A stretch of 64,000 nt of DNA from positions 896,001 to 960,000 of the forward strand of contig CAVZRV010000007.1 in assembly GCA_963777605.1 (NCBI GenBank), given 5' to 3'. Made by a program: the position numbers and the translations under genes. Positions 29,308 through 40,287 of the stretch are shown one piece after another. Within the stretch, counting starts at the first letter, position 1. Every line of letters begins with the position of its first letter. The notes under the pieces are model-generated. The model did no database searches. It was not told the origin of the DNA and worked only from the letters and a program-made list of their open reading frames with translations. The DNA comes from an uncultured Acidobacteriota bacterium. Lineage in GTDB: Bacteria > Acidobacteriota > UBA6911 > RPQK01 > JAPXNP01.

Positions 29308-30518
29308 CGCCAAAGTCCCCCCTGGTCGAGAAGCAGCATATCCACAATCGAGCCTTTCTCAAGTTTTTCACAGTCCGCCGGGACCTGAATTAGGGCATCT
29401 GCCCGCGCCGCGCCAACCAGATCGGCGGAACCCCGAGTTTCCAAGGGTTTCACCGAGAGGTGCTCACTTTCGTGGACCAGTTTCCCCGGCTTGAAGAAGA
29501 GCCGACCAGGCTTCTGGATAACCGCTTCGACCAGGACCGCTCGCACTGGTTGAGGCCTGGCCGCCTGGAATCCCTGGAAGCGGCGCAGCGCCGGATGAAC
29601 AAAAATCTGAAATGTCACGAACGATGAGACGGGATTTCCGGGAAGTCCGAGAATCAACTGTTTCCCGCGGCGGGCTGCCAGAACCGGCTTGCCCGGTTTC
29701 ACCGCAACCTTGTGAAAAAGCAGTTTTCCCTCTCCCTCCTTGATCACCCGGTGAACGAAATCCTTCTCCCCCATTGAGAGACCTCCGCTGATAAGAAGGA
29801 CATCCGCGTCGCGGTGATTGTCCAGAAAGGCCCTCACCGAGTCCGCGGTATCATCCAGGGTCGCGGCCTGAATGACCTTGATTCCCACCGATTCGCCAAG
29901 GCAGGCCAGCATGGGAGTATTCGAATCCCGGATCTGACCCGGACCGAGTGCCTGGCCCGAGACAACCAGTTCATTGCCCGTCGCAGCCGCAACCGCCGTC
30001 GGCGTGCGGTAAACTTTGACGGCGGTACGCCCCACGGCGGCGAGTACGCCGATACCTGCAGGTCCCAGGTGCATGCCCTGCTCCAGGACCTTGGTGCCCT
30101 TTTTCGCTTCGGCACCTGCTTTGAGAATATGCTCGCCTGCCGCTATGTTCGATTTGATGACCACTTCTCGCGGTGAGAGTTCCTCGGTTTGCTCAACCAT
30201 CTGAACGGCGTCGGCGCCCGTCGGAAGCACCGCTCCCGTCATGATCCGGGTCGCTTCCGCCGGCCCTACCGGATATCTGCTGGGTTCTCCCGCGGCCGCC
30301 TCTCCTACGATCGTCAGCCGGTACCAGCCCCGGGCCAGATCCCTGGCCCGCAGTGCGAATCCGTCGACGAGGGACTTGTCGAAGGGTGGCAGGTCGGTGT
30401 CGGCCAGGACGTCCTCGGCAAGACACCTTCCGAGCGCCGACTGAATCGGTACCGTCTCCGGTGTCGGATCAGGGACCGCAGCCAGGAGCACCTCAAGGGC
30501 ATCACTGTATGTCAACAT
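29304..30518 (-). CDS. moeA: Molybdopterin molybdotransferase
   Basis: PPFDKSLVDGFA, IMTGAVLP.GADAV, TGNEL, KPGKP, GLPGNPVSS. Confidence 0.95.
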   Translation of the reverse strand: MLTYSDALEVLLAAVPDPTPETVPIQSALGRCLAEDVLADTDLPPFDKSLVDGFALRARDLARGWYRLTIVGEAAAGEPSRYPVGPAEATRIMTGAVLPTGADAVQMVEQTEELSPREVVIKSNIAAGEHILKAGAEAKKGTKVLEQGMHLGPAGIGVLAAVGRTAVKVYRTPTAVAAATGNELVVSGQALGPGQIRDSNTPMLACLGESVGIKVIQAATLDDTADSVRAFLDNHRDADVLLISGGLSMGEKDFVHRVIKEGEGKLLFHKVAVKPGKPVLAARRGKQLILGLPGNPVSSFVTFQIFVHPALRRFQGFQAARPQPVRAVLVEAVIQKPGRLFFKPGKLVHESEHLSVKPLETRGSADLVGAARADALIQVPADCEKLEKGSIVDMLLLDQGGLWR

Positions 30519-30787
30519 GGTTTCACTTTAGCGCGCCAGCTCTTTCCTAGACAACGATCAACCGGTTTCGAAGCCATCACTTCGGAGGCGCAAGGTCCTG
30601 CCGGAGCTGAAGATTCCTTGAATTGACTGAAACAGAAAGCCGGTCTCAAGCGTTTCTTTCAAAGGGGGCCACCGACATGTAATCCCCTGACACGAGGGCC
30701 TTTGAAACGGCTGCGCATTTTGCTGCTGGTTGGCATTTTGCCATGAATATCGTCTAATCAACGAGCGTAACTTCATTGATTCGAACC

Positions 30788-30815
30788 GGAAACTTTTTGA
30801 GAGCCTGATCCGTTA
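30788..30815 (+). promoter_or_regulatory. Putative ECF-sigma promoter (GGAAAC-N17-CGTTA)
   Basis: AAC/CGT consensus 18 nt before adaptor ATG. Confidence 0.55.
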
Positions 30816-30833
30816 TAGCGAAGTGAGCGCAGG

Positions 30834-32273
30834 ATGAGCACGAGAAAGAAAGTCATTATCAGCAGCGTCGTGGTTGTGATTCTGGGTGCGGTGATCTTTT
30901 TCAGCCTTCGGGCCGGCCGCAAAGACGCAGTTGCTGTCGAAACCGCAAAGGTCGCGCGGAAATCCAAATTGATTGCCATGGTTTCAGCCACCGGCGAGAT
31001 CATGCCCAAAGAATACGTGGAGTTGCAGGCTGAAATCAGTGGCGTGATCACCGACCTCTATGTCAAAGAGGGCGACCACGTCGAGAAAGGGGCCCTTCTC
31101 CTCCGGATCGACCCGGTACAGACTGAGACCGAGCTCAAGGCGCAGGAGGCGGTTCTGAGCGCCACTTCGGCCGAAGCCAGAAATCAGCAGTCCCAGATCT
31201 CTGTACAGGAGACGAATGTGGAACGGGACCTGACCGGCGTCAAGGTCGCCGAAGCTGATCTGGACAAGGCGAAGCAACTCTTCACCATCTCCCAGGCAAC
31301 TTTCGATCGAAAGCAGGAGCTGTTTGAAGACAATCTGCTCTCCCGTGACGCCTACGAGCAGGCCAAGAACGAGGTTGTTACGACCGAGGCCGCTCTCAAG
31401 ACCGCCCAAATGCGGCTGGAACAAGCCGAGGCCCAGTACCGCGTCAGCAAGATGGTTTTGCTACAGTCCAAGGCAAGCTACGAAAGCGCCTTGAGCCGCG
31501 TCCGTCAGCAGAGAGCCTTCCTTGACCGCTCCCAGGATCTTCTCTCCAAGACCACGATCCGCTCTCCTCTCGCCGGTGTCATCACCCAGATGAACGTGGA
31601 ACGGGGCGAGCGCGCCGTCCCAGGAACGCTCAACAATCCGCTGGCGACCCTGATGGTAATTGCTGATTTGTCGGTGATTGAGGCTGAACTCGAAGTTGAC
31701 GAAACGGACATCGTTGACCTGGAACTCGGCCAACTTGCCGTCGTCAAGGTGGACGCTCTTCCGGACACGCCGCTCAAGGGAGTGGTCACCGAGATCGGCA
31801 ATTCCGCCATCCAGCAGAGCTCCGGGACCCAGGAAGCGAAAGACTTCAAGGTTGTTGTCCAGTTGAGCGAACCGCCTGCGTCGCTCCGTCCCGGGTTGAG
31901 CTGTACGGGAGAGATCACCACGGCCACTCGGGAAGATGTACTGGCCATTCCTATCCAGGCCTTGACCATTCGGGAATTCCCGGTGGGCAAAGACGGGGAG
32001 TTGATCCGCCCGAAGAAGGAATCCTCGGAAGCAGAGGCGGAGGCCAACACTGACGATTCCGAGGTCGAGAAGAAGGAGTGGGAGGGTGTCTTTCGGGTCG
32101 AGGACGGCAAAAGCATGTTCATACCGGTGAAGACCGGGATCGTCGGCGACACCGAGATCGAGATTCTCACCGGCGTCAAAGACGGGGATACCATCGTTAC
32201 GGGAAGTTTCAAAACGCTTCGCACATTGTCGGATGGGGATCCCGTCACAGCAGAAACCCGGGAAAGGGGCTAG
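30834..32273 (+). CDS. MacA-like efflux periplasmic adaptor
   Basis: N-terminal TM, VKEGDHVEKG, IRSPLAGVI, VDETDI, LRPGLS. Confidence 0.9.
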   Translation: MSTRKKVIISSVVVVILGAVIFFSLRAGRKDAVAVETAKVARKSKLIAMVSATGEIMPKEYVELQAEISGVITDLYVKEGDHVEKGALLLRIDPVQTETELKAQEAVLSATSAEARNQQSQISVQETNVERDLTGVKVAEADLDKAKQLFTISQATFDRKQELFEDNLLSRDAYEQAKNEVVTTEAALKTAQMRLEQAEAQYRVSKMVLLQSKASYESALSRVRQQRAFLDRSQDLLSKTTIRSPLAGVITQMNVERGERAVPGTLNNPLATLMVIADLSVIEAELEVDETDIVDLELGQLAVVKVDALPDTPLKGVVTEIGNSAIQQSSGTQEAKDFKVVVQLSEPPASLRPGLSCTGEITTATREDVLAIPIQALTIREFPVGKDGELIRPKKESSEAEAEANTDDSEVEKKEWEGVFRVEDGKSMFIPVKTGIVGDTEIEILTGVKDGDTIVTGSFKTLRTLSDGDPVTAETRERG

Positions 32274-32276
32274 ATA

Positions 32277-32990
32277 GTGTCAGAGGCATTAATCCAAACC
32301 GAAGATCTCTGGAAAACCTATGAAATGGGTTCGGAAATGATTCACGCCCTTCATGGGGTTTCCTTTTCCGTAATGCGAAATGAGTACATTGCAATCATGG
32401 GTCCTTCCGGCTCTGGAAAATCAACCTTGATGAACCTGATCGGGTGCCTCGACACACCCAGTAAAGGCAAGTACTTCTTGAACAGCAAGCTCGTCAGCGA
32501 CATGGATGATGACGAACTGGCGTACATCCGTAACCGGGAGATCGGTTTCGTATTCCAGACGTTCAACCTTCTACCTCGGGCAACCGCCCTTCAAAACGTG
32601 GAACTTCCGTTGATCTACTCCGGAATGCCGGCCGCCGAACGAAGGCAGCGCGCCATTGCCACGTTGGAGGAAGTTGAACTTGCCCACCGCATGGGGCACA
32701 AACCGAGCGAACTCTCCGGGGGACAACGACAGAGAGTTGCCATCGCAAGAGCGCTCGTCAACAAGCCGTCGATCATTCTCGCCGACGAACCGACCGGAAA
32801 CCTCGACTCGAAGACCGGACGGGAGATCATGACCCTTTTCGAGCGCTTGCACGAGCAGGGAAACACGATTGTGCTCGTCACGCACGAGGCTGAAATCGCA
32901 CTGCACGCTCACCGGGTCATTCACCTGCTCGATGGGTGCATCAACACCGATGAGAAGGTGCCTAACCGGGTGGTGCCGGAAGCCGTCTAG
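32277..32990 (+). CDS. MacB/LolD-like ABC transporter ATP-binding protein
   Basis: [38 protein letters not shown]. Confidence 0.93.
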   Translation: MSEALIQTEDLWKTYEMGSEMIHALHGVSFSVMRNEYIAIMGPSGSGKSTLMNLIGCLDTPSKGKYFLNSKLVSDMDDDELAYIRNREIGFVFQTFNLLPRATALQNVELPLIYSGMPAAERRQRAIATLEEVELAHRMGHKPSELSGGQRQRVAIARALVNKPSIILADEPTGNLDSKTGREIMTLFERLHEQGNTIVLVTHEAEIALHAHRVIHLLDGCINTDEKVPNRVVPEAV

Positions 32991-33047
32991 GTGGCTTCTG
33001 GGAGAGGATTCCGTGCGATGCACCGGCTTTTGCCCCCCTGGCTCATC

Positions 33048-33878
33048 TCATGAGGCGGCCCAATGCCCAGGCTCGACCTCTCTCAGGTCCGGGATCGGCC
33101 CGGACTCTAACGCGGGTTCGTCTTTCATGGCCGCCGCGGCAAGCAAGAGCTGAGTGTACGGGTGGAGAGCCCGGCGGAACAACTTCGCTGTTGCGGCTTG
33201 CTCCACCAGCCTACCTCTCCACATCACTGCACATTCTGCGCACGCGGAACGGACGACGTCCAAATCGTGGCCGATCAGCACCAGCGTGTGCCCCAACTCT
33301 CCAGCCAGTTCCATCAACAGGGACATCACGGCATCCCTGGTTTTCGGATCCAGTGAAGAAACCGGCTCGTCTGCGATCACGATCTCGGGATTGAGGGCAA
33401 TTGCCCGGGCGATTGCCACGCGCTGTCGTTGACCGCCCGACAGTTCAGCCGGGCGCCTCTCCGATAACCCGAATCCCAGTTGCACCTGATCGAGCAGCTC
33501 GAAGGCCCGCCTGCGCCGGGAATCTGCATTCCAACCGGCAATCAGCAGAGGTTCCTCGACAATTTCCCGGATCGTCATGACCGGATTCAGCGAGGAGTAC
33601 GGATCCTGAAAGACGATTTGGATCTTTCGGCGGGCACGGCGGAGTTCCCTTCCATTGACAGAGAGCCAGTCTTTCCCATCGAGCAGGATTTGTCCGGTCG
33701 TTGGTTCGATTAAGCGGGCGAGCATGTAGGCCAGGGTGGTCTTGCCACCCCCTGATTCTCCTGCGATCCCGAGTGTTTTTCCCCGCATGATCCGAAGGCT
33801 GACCCGGTCCACCACAGGCCGATTGTCGAACAGCTTGGTCAAGTCAATTGTCTCAAGGACCGCTTCTTCACACGCCAT
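33048..33878 (-). CDS. Oligopeptide-type ABC ATPase (OppF/DppF-like)
   Basis: [34 protein letters not shown]. Confidence 0.85.
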   Translation of the reverse strand: MACEEAVLETIDLTKLFDNRPVVDRVSLRIMRGKTLGIAGESGGGKTTLAYMLARLIEPTTGQILLDGKDWLSVNGRELRRARRKIQIVFQDPYSSLNPVMTIREIVEEPLLIAGWNADSRRRRAFELLDQVQLGFGLSERRPAELSGGQRQRVAIARAIALNPEIVIADEPVSSLDPKTRDAVMSLLMELAGELGHTLVLIGHDLDVVRSACAECAVMWRGRLVEQAATAKLFRRALHPYTQLLLAAAAMKDEPALESGPIPDLREVEPGHWAAS

Positions 33879-34623
33879 GGGGTTGGTTTCCGTTGCTGAG
33901 GAGGCTGCCGCCAGTGAGAGTACAAGGAAACTCAACGGTTCGGTCGGAAAAAGCCTCAACCAATTTTAAGTCTTGTGAAATCAGAAGGATAGAAAGATTG
34001 TGGAAAGTCCTTAGCTGATCCAGAAGCCGTAGAATTCGGAGCCGATTAGGCCCGTCCAGAGCAGATGTGGGTTCATCACAGATGAGAAGGGAGGGCTGTG
34101 CTGCCAGGCACGCCGCCAACAACGCACGCTGGCATTCTCCAACAGAGAGTTGATGTGGATAGAGCGACATCACCGGATTGGGCTCCGCAAAGCCAACCTC
34201 GATCAGTAATTCAATCGCTCGGCTCCGTGCTTCTTCTCCTTTGAGGCCCTGGTGCAAGCGAAGTGGTTGGAGGAGGTGGGTGCCTGCCGTCAGCAGTGGA
34301 TCGAGGGCGGCCCTAGGCTCCTGAAACACCATCCCGATTTCCTTTCCCCGGACCTCTCGCATTTCCTTCTGACTGAGCTGGAAAAGATCCTGCCCTTTGA
34401 ACCGGATCACACCATTGGCCTGGGCAGTCCCGGGAAGCAGCCGGAGAATCGCCAGTGCCATGGTGGTCTTTCCGCAGCCGGACGGTCCCTCAACGGCGAG
34501 GATTTCCCCTGGAAACAGATTCAGCTGAATTCCATTCAGTACCGGGCTTACGCCCTTCCGGGAGCGGAAGCCCACGGTGAGCTGTTCAATTTCCAGCATT
34601 GGACTTTGCTTTGGTGCGCTCAT
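33868..34623 (-). CDS. Oligopeptide-type ABC ATPase (OppD/DppD-like), divergent
   Basis: GPSGCGKTT, FQEPRAALDP, YPHQLSVGECQR, CDEPTSALD; H-loop reads ISQD; short C-terminus. Confidence 0.8.
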   Translation of the reverse strand: MSAPKQSPMLEIEQLTVGFRSRKGVSPVLNGIQLNLFPGEILAVEGPSGCGKTTMALAILRLLPGTAQANGVIRFKGQDLFQLSQKEMREVRGKEIGMVFQEPRAALDPLLTAGTHLLQPLRLHQGLKGEEARSRAIELLIEVGFAEPNPVMSLYPHQLSVGECQRALLAACLAAQPSLLICDEPTSALDGPNRLRILRLLDQLRTFHNLSILLISQDLKLVEAFSDRTVEFPCTLTGGSLLSNGNQPHGV

Positions 34624-34753
34624 ACGACGCTGGACTTGAACCCAGAAGGTAATTTCACTTCCCTGGGGACTTTGCTATGATGGCCCAAGGATCGATGAAG
34701 ACGGTTCAGAATCGATGCCGTCGAATCATAACAGACCCGGAAAAATGCGTTCA

Positions 34754-35017
34754 ATGCTCGATGACGAACTGAAAGATCACCGGAAGGAATTGGAAGCCGC
34801 CATCAACGAGGCGTTGACTGAGTCCCCCGAAGTTGGTCAGGTGATTCACGCAATACGGGAAAAGGGGTACGACGTTTTCATCATCATTGAGGCGACGGTT
34901 GGGTTCAGCCGTCGCGACGAGGGGCCTTTCGAAAGTCTCCGCCTTCCTGCCGCGCGCCTGGAGCTGACAACCCAAGATGAGAGCTTCCTCCGCTCCCTGA
35001 AGATCAAACCTGAATAG
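34754..35017 (+). CDS. Small hypothetical protein (alternative start 34715)
   Basis: Protein-like ORF ending TTQDESFLRSLKI that fills the gap between minus-strand genes; TGCTATGAT -10 upstream. Confidence 0.65.
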   Translation: MLDDELKDHRKELEAAINEALTESPEVGQVIHAIREKGYDVFIIIEATVGFSRRDEGPFESLRLPAARLELTTQDESFLRSLKIKPE

Positions 35018-35032
35018 CCGCGTATTCCTCAC

Positions 35033-36052
35033 CTATTCAAATCGCAGCAGATGGCTGCCCTTTGGCTCAACTCTACCCACCTGTTTCGCGTATGCCCGGA
35101 GCTTATCCGCGGAGCTTTCGGAGACACTCAGAAGGAGCCCTCCCGAGGTTTGAGGGTCCAGGAAGATGTGCTGATGCAGTTCATCCACGGTACCCCAAGC
35201 CACAGTATCTCCCACGTAGGCCCGGTTCGTCATAATCCCTCCCGGTAAAAGGCCACGCTCAGCCAGATCCTCAGTTCCGTTCAGAATCGGGAGGGCCTGG
35301 GCGTCGATGCACAGAGTCACCCCACTCCCTTTGGCCAGTTCGAAAGCGTGGCCCGCGAACCCGTACCCGGTGACATCGGTTGCGCCGTGTACAGTCACTG
35401 TCCGCGCTACATCCGCCACCTCACGGTTCAGTCGGACCATGACCTCGACCGCGCCAGCAAGAACCGAAGGACTTGTCTTTCCGTATTTCACTCCCGTGGT
35501 AATGATGCCCGTTCCCAGCGGCTTGCTGAGGAAGAGTAGATCGCCCGGTCTCGCACCGGTGTTGGTCCAGATCCTTTCCGGGTGAATCGTTCCGGTCACA
35601 CAGTAGCCGAACTTGATCTCGGGATCTTGTACCGAGTGCCCGCCAATGACCGGTACGCCTGCTTCAACCATCTTCTCCGCTCCACCGCGGACAATTTCTC
35701 TCAAAATCGATGTCTCGAGCTTTCCAGAAGGGAATCCAACGACGGACAACGCGAAAAGTGGTTTTGCTCCCATCGCATACAGGTCACTGAGAGAATTGGC
35801 TGCTGCTACGGCACCGTAGGTTCGAGGATCATCTACAACCGGAGTGAAAAAGTCCACGCTCTGAACAATTGCCTGGTCCTGGTCGAGCAAGTATACTCCG
35901 GCGTCGTCGGCACTTTCGAAGCCAACCAATACATTGGGATCCCTGCTCTGAGGCAGATCCTCCAAAACGGTTGCCAGCACCTCCGGTGCCAGCTTAGACG
36001 CTCACCCCGCGCACTTGACCATCTCGGTCAAGCGCTTCTTCTGAAACAGCAT
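35033..36052 (-). CDS. selD: Selenide, water dikinase; selenoprotein (Sec17 encoded by TGA at 36002-36004)
   Basis: MLFQKKRLTEMVKCAG-TGA-ASKLAPE in frame with DDAGVY, VDFFTPVVDDP, DPQTSGGLL. Confidence 0.93.
35973..35993 (-). promoter_or_regulatory. Candidate bacterial SECIS hairpin
   Basis: GCUGGCACC-GGA-GGUGCUGGC starts 8 nt after the UGA; G-initiated apical loop 17 nt from UGA. Confidence 0.7.
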
Positions 36053-36087
36053 GCTGTGATTATAGCCGGAGCGACCGGCTCTTCGGG

Positions 36088-36924
36088 CTAGCGATCGGTG
36101 AGGGCCTCGTAGATCCGGTCGAGTTCATCCGAGGAATGATAGTGGATCACGATTTGTCCCGACTTGCCACGCTGCCGGATTTCGACCCGCGTCTGCCAGT
36201 GCTCTTCCAGTTTCTCTTCGGCAGCCCGCAGGTTGGGATCCTTTGTCCGGCGTGCCGGGACCTTTTCCCGGTCGGTTTTAAGAAGGCGCTGCACCCGCGC
36301 TTCCGTCTCCCGGACCGAGAGTCCCTTCGCCACCACCATTCGGGAAAGTTCGAGCTGATCCTTATTGCTAAGAGGAATCAGGGCCCGGGCGTGCCCCATC
36401 GAGAGTTCCCCGTTGACCACCATGCTTTGAATGGTCTTGGGGAGTTGGAGCAGTCGAAGCGTGTTGGTAACCGCCGTTCGACTTCGAGAGACCTTCTCCG
36501 CCACCTGTTCCTGGGTCAGGCCAAACTGCTCGATCATCAACTGGTAGGCCTGCGCTTCTTCAATCGGGCTCAAGTCATCTCGCTGGATGTTTTCGATCAG
36601 AGCCAGTTCGAGCATTTCCTGATCAGAGACATCCTGGACGATTGCCGGGATCTGATGGAGCCCGGCACGCTGGGTCGCCCGCCAGCGCCGTTCCCCGGCG
36701 ATGATCTCGTACCCGGTTTCGGTGGGACGAACAACGATCGGCTGCAGCACTCCCTTTTCTTTTATCGAGTTCGCCAGTTCATCCAACTTCTCTCCCGCGA
36801 AGCGAAGCCGCGGCTGAAGCGGGTTTGGGTGAATGCGGTCGATATCGAGCTGCACCAGGCTGCTCTTCTCCCTCGCCTGTGGAAGCAACGCATCCAGTCC
36901 TTTGCCCAAAGCCTTTCGTTTCAT
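36088..36924 (-). CDS. parB: Chromosome partitioning protein ParB
   Basis: ALGKGLDALL, GVLQPIVVR, IAGERRWRA, ENIQRDDL. Confidence 0.96.
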   Translation of the reverse strand: MKRKALGKGLDALLPQAREKSSLVQLDIDRIHPNPLQPRLRFAGEKLDELANSIKEKGVLQPIVVRPTETGYEIIAGERRWRATQRAGLHQIPAIVQDVSDQEMLELALIENIQRDDLSPIEEAQAYQLMIEQFGLTQEQVAEKVSRSRTAVTNTLRLLQLPKTIQSMVVNGELSMGHARALIPLSNKDQLELSRMVVAKGLSVRETEARVQRLLKTDREKVPARRTKDPNLRAAEEKLEEHWQTRVEIRQRGKSGQIVIHYHSSDELDRIYEALTDR

Positions 36925-36950
36925 CGGTATGCCTAACTCCTCAATTCGAT

Positions 36951-37745
36951 CTATCTGGCTGTGTCTCTTCCAGTCAAAGGTGGATTCGTCCTGCTGAGTA
37001 ACTCCCGGGCCAACTGCAAGTACGAGTTCGCCCCGGTAGATCGGGCATCATAGAGCAAGATCGGTTTTCCAAAGCTGGGCGCCTCGGCCAAGCGCACGTT
37101 TCTCGGAATAACCGTTTGGTAGACCTTGCCTCCGAGATGGTTGCGAACATTTTCACTGATTTGGCCCGACAGGTTGAGTCGGTCGTCGTACATGGTCAAG
37201 AGAATTCCCTCAATTCTCAATTGAGGATTGAAACTCTGACGAACCCGGCTTAGGGTACCCATCAAGTCGGATAGCCCCTCCAGGGCAAAATACTCGCACT
37301 GAATCGGAACCAGGAGGGAATCTGCGGCAACCAGGGCGTTCAACGTCAGGATTCCAAGTGATGGCGGACAGTCGATCAGGATGATGTGATAGGTTTCCCG
37401 GACGGGCGCCAAGGCCTGCCGTAAGGCGAGTTCCCGATTTGGAACCTCCAACAGCTCCACGGTCGCTCCGGTCAGGTCCCGGTTCGAGGGGAGAAGATCG
37501 AGATGGTCCAACTCGCTTGGCACAATGCACTCAGTGATCGGGACATCCGACATGAGCGCGTCATACAAAGACCGATTAAGGGTGTTCTTCTCCCGGCCCA
37601 TACCCGAAGTGGTATTCCCTTGCGGGTCGAGATCAACGAGAAGAACGCGTAGATCCGCCGCTGCCAGCGAAGCTGCCAGGTTAATAGCCGTTGTAGTTTT
37701 TCCGACGCCGCCTTTTTGATTCGCGATTGCTATGACCTTGGACAT
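36951..37745 (-). CDS. parA: Chromosome partitioning ATPase ParA/Soj
   Basis: [39 protein letters not shown]. Confidence 0.96.
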   Translation of the reverse strand: MSKVIAIANQKGGVGKTTTAINLAASLAAADLRVLLVDLDPQGNTTSGMGREKNTLNRSLYDALMSDVPITECIVPSELDHLDLLPSNRDLTGATVELLEVPNRELALRQALAPVRETYHIILIDCPPSLGILTLNALVAADSLLVPIQCEYFALEGLSDLMGTLSRVRQSFNPQLRIEGILLTMYDDRLNLSGQISENVRNHLGGKVYQTVIPRNVRLAEAPSFGKPILLYDARSTGANSYLQLARELLSRTNPPLTGRDTAR

Positions 37746-37790
37746 GGGGCATTAAAAATACCACAGGCGCCTTACATGGAGACAGTCGAT

Positions 37791-38408
37791 TCAGGGATGG
37801 GTTTCACGTGAAACCTTTATCTCCCATACACCCATAAAGCGTTGATTAGAAAGAGGATAGGGTTTCTTTTGCGCGAGATTCCAAGGCGCCGGAAGCGCGT
37901 TGCTTTCTTTCCCCTGAAAGTAAAGCAGCGGTATCTCCAGGTCCACAAGCGGTTTCAGGAGTCTTTGGTCAGGTTTGACAGCCCGCATGACCGCCAGGTC
38001 TACTTCGTCCCAGTGATTCCAGGCTTCGGCTGAAGTTTGGACTATTCTCAGATCCATTTGCAGGCTGGATCGGACGGTTTGCAGAAACACGACCTTCTTC
38101 AGGTTCCGCTCAAGTAGAGTGACGGTCGCCTCAGGCCGAAAGATCTTCATCGCCAACCCGGGGAAACCGGCTCCGCTGCCGATATCCGCAATTCTTTCAG
38201 AGCCGGCCAAGAAGGTTTCACATGCCCAAAAGGCTTCCGCAAAGTGAAACCGGGCCAACTCGTCTGCGTCCGTCACAGTAGTCAGGCTCAACCTGGCACC
38301 CCATTTCGTCAGCAACTCAGCGTAAATCGTGATTTGGGTGAGTTGAACTGGTGAAAGTGACAAACCCAAATCCCCGCAAACAGTAACAAGCGCCTCCCGC
38401 AATTCCAT
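37791..38408 (-). CDS. rsmG: 16S rRNA m7G527 methyltransferase
   Basis: DIGSGAGFPG; position between mnmG and parA. Confidence 0.9.
   Translation of the reverse strand: MELREALVTVCGDLGLSLSPVQLTQITIYAELLTKWGARLSLTTVTDADELARFHFAEAFWACETFLAGSERIADIGSGAGFPGLAMKIFRPEATVTLLERNLKKVVFLQTVRSSLQMDLRIVQTSAEAWNHWDEVDLAVMRAVKPDQRLLKPLVDLEIPLLYFQGKESNALPAPWNLAQKKPYPLSNQRFMGVWEIKVSRETHP
37800..37815. promoter_or_regulatory. parS site GGTTTCACGTGAAACC
   Basis: Perfect 16-bp palindrome matching the parS consensus TGTTTCACGTGAAACA; within rsmG 3' end. Confidence 0.9.
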
Positions 38409-38436
38409 CAAACCCGCCAGTCTATAATTCACCCGG

Positions 38437-40287
38437 TCAAGCCCGTGTCAGATGAATGCTGAGCATCGAGACTGCCGCCGGCGAAATACCGCGAATTCGT
38501 GCAGCTTGCCCCAGGGTCCCCGGCTTGACACGGTTGAGGCGCTCCGCCATCTCCCTGGAAAGGCCGGGAATCGCGTGATAGTCGATGCCCTCCGGAATGA
38601 CCCGTCCCTCCAGGCTCTTCACCCGTTCCATGTCCCTTCCCTGACGCTCGATGTAGCCCTCGTAGCGAAGAGCTGTCACCACTCCTTCCAGTTCTTCCCC
38701 CTGAAGATCGTGTCCCGCTGCAGCCAGGAGGCGGCGGATCTCTCCAATACTAACTTCAGGGCGTTTTGCCCACTGTGAGAGAGACGTCCCCGGTTCGGGG
38801 CCGTTTCCAAACTCGCCCAACCAGCCAATCTCGTCATTCCCGGCGAACCCGCCTCGCAGATAGGCTTCCGCATTGTCCATCCTTCGCCATTTCCCCTCCA
38901 GCAGTGCCATTTCCCCTGAATTGATCAACCCCAGTCGATGACCACTCTCGGCGAACCGTCGATCCGCATTGTCTATCCTGAGAACAAGGCGGTACTCTGC
39001 CCGGGAAGTGAACATTCGGTAAGGTTCGTCGGCCCCCTGCGTTATGAGGTCATCCACCAGAATTCCGATATACCCTTCCTGGCGGCCGACTCTGAAAGGA
39101 CCTTCTCCTTTCGTCTGAAGCGCCGCATTAATTCCTGCCATGATCCCCTGTGCGGCAGCTTCTTCATAGCCGGTTGTCCCATTAATCTGCCCGGCATGGT
39201 AAAGGCCCCGAATCTTTCGAGTTTCGAGACTTGCCCTGAGCTCCCGTGGTTGGATGAAGTCGTACTCGACGGCGTAACCGGGGCGCATCATTTCGGAATC
39301 CCGCAAACCTTCAATAGAATCCAGCATTCCGCGCTGAACATCGATCGGCAGGCTTGTCGACAGCCCATTTACATAGATCGAGTCCGATTCCAGACCTTCG
39401 GGCTCAAGAAAGAGTTGGTGTCGGCTCCGCTCACTGAAACGAACCACCTTATCCTCGATTGACGGACAGTATCGCGGCCCAATCCCCTGGATCTTGCCGC
39501 CGTAGAGGGGGCTTCGGTTCAAATTCGAAAGGATCAACTCGTGTACTTCAGGATTCGTGTAGGTACTCCAACACGGAACCTGGGCCAATTCTGGCTCTCC
39601 CGAGGTCCTGAAGGAGAAATAGACCGGCTTTGCATCCCCATACTGTCGATCAAATCGGGAGAAGTCCAAGCTGTTGCGATGTAACCTCGGCGGAGTTCCG
39701 GTCTTCAACCGTCCCCGGCTGAACCCAAACGATGCGATGTTTTCCGCCAGGCGCAATGCGGCCCGCTCACCCGAACGTCCGGCACGAAACGTCTTGTCGC
39801 CGACGTGACAGAGTCCATTCAGGAACGTTCCAGTCGTCAGAATGACGGCTCGCGCTTCAATAAACGTTCCGTCGGCCAGTTGAACTCCCTGTACTACGCC
39901 GCCCCGTTCCCGAATTTCAGAAACTTCCCCTTCCAACAATTGAAGATTCGATAGGCCTCCGAGGATCCCTTGTAACGTGGCTCGATACCGTTGCTTGTCA
40001 TTCTGACTGCGAGGAGCACGCACCGCGGGTCCCCGGCTTCGGTTCAGGAGACGAAACTGAATTCCGGTCCGATCAGCAACGGTTCCAATCACCCCCCCGA
40101 GAGCATCAACTTCTCGGACGAGGTGACCCTTGGCAATTCCGCCGATCGATGGATTACAGGACATCTGGCCGATCATCGCCAGATTCAGGGTGACCAGCGC
40201 CGTCTTCACGCCGATTCGAGCGGCGGCGGCGGCGGCCTCACACCCGGCATGACCACCACCAATTACGATTACATCAAAACCAGACAT
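38437..40287 (-). CDS. mnmG: tRNA uridine 5-carboxymethylaminomethyl modification enzyme
   Basis: [51 protein letters not shown]. Confidence 0.97.
   Translation of the reverse strand: MSGFDVIVIGGGHAGCEAAAAAARIGVKTALVTLNLAMIGQMSCNPSIGGIAKGHLVREVDALGGVIGTVADRTGIQFRLLNRSRGPAVRAPRSQNDKQRYRATLQGILGGLSNLQLLEGEVSEIRERGGVVQGVQLADGTFIEARAVILTTGTFLNGLCHVGDKTFRAGRSGERAALRLAENIASFGFSRGRLKTGTPPRLHRNSLDFSRFDRQYGDAKPVYFSFRTSGEPELAQVPCWSTYTNPEVHELILSNLNRSPLYGGKIQGIGPRYCPSIEDKVVRFSERSRHQLFLEPEGLESDSIYVNGLSTSLPIDVQRGMLDSIEGLRDSEMMRPGYAVEYDFIQPRELRASLETRKIRGLYHAGQINGTTGYEEAAAQGIMAGINAALQTKGEGPFRVGRQEGYIGILVDDLITQGADEPYRMFTSRAEYRLVLRIDNADRRFAESGHRLGLINSGEMALLEGKWRRMDNAEAYLRGGFAGNDEIGWLGEFGNGPEPGTSLSQWAKRPEVSIGEIRRLLAAAGHDLQGEELEGVVTALRYEGYIERQGRDMERVKSLEGRVIPEGIDYHAIPGLSREMAERLNRVKPGTLGQAARIRGISPAAVSMLSIHLTRA

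Noticed and set aside
36002-36004. selD as a nonsense pseudogene
   Set aside because: TGA falls at the catalytic position, with a SECIS-like hairpin and tRNA-Sec present
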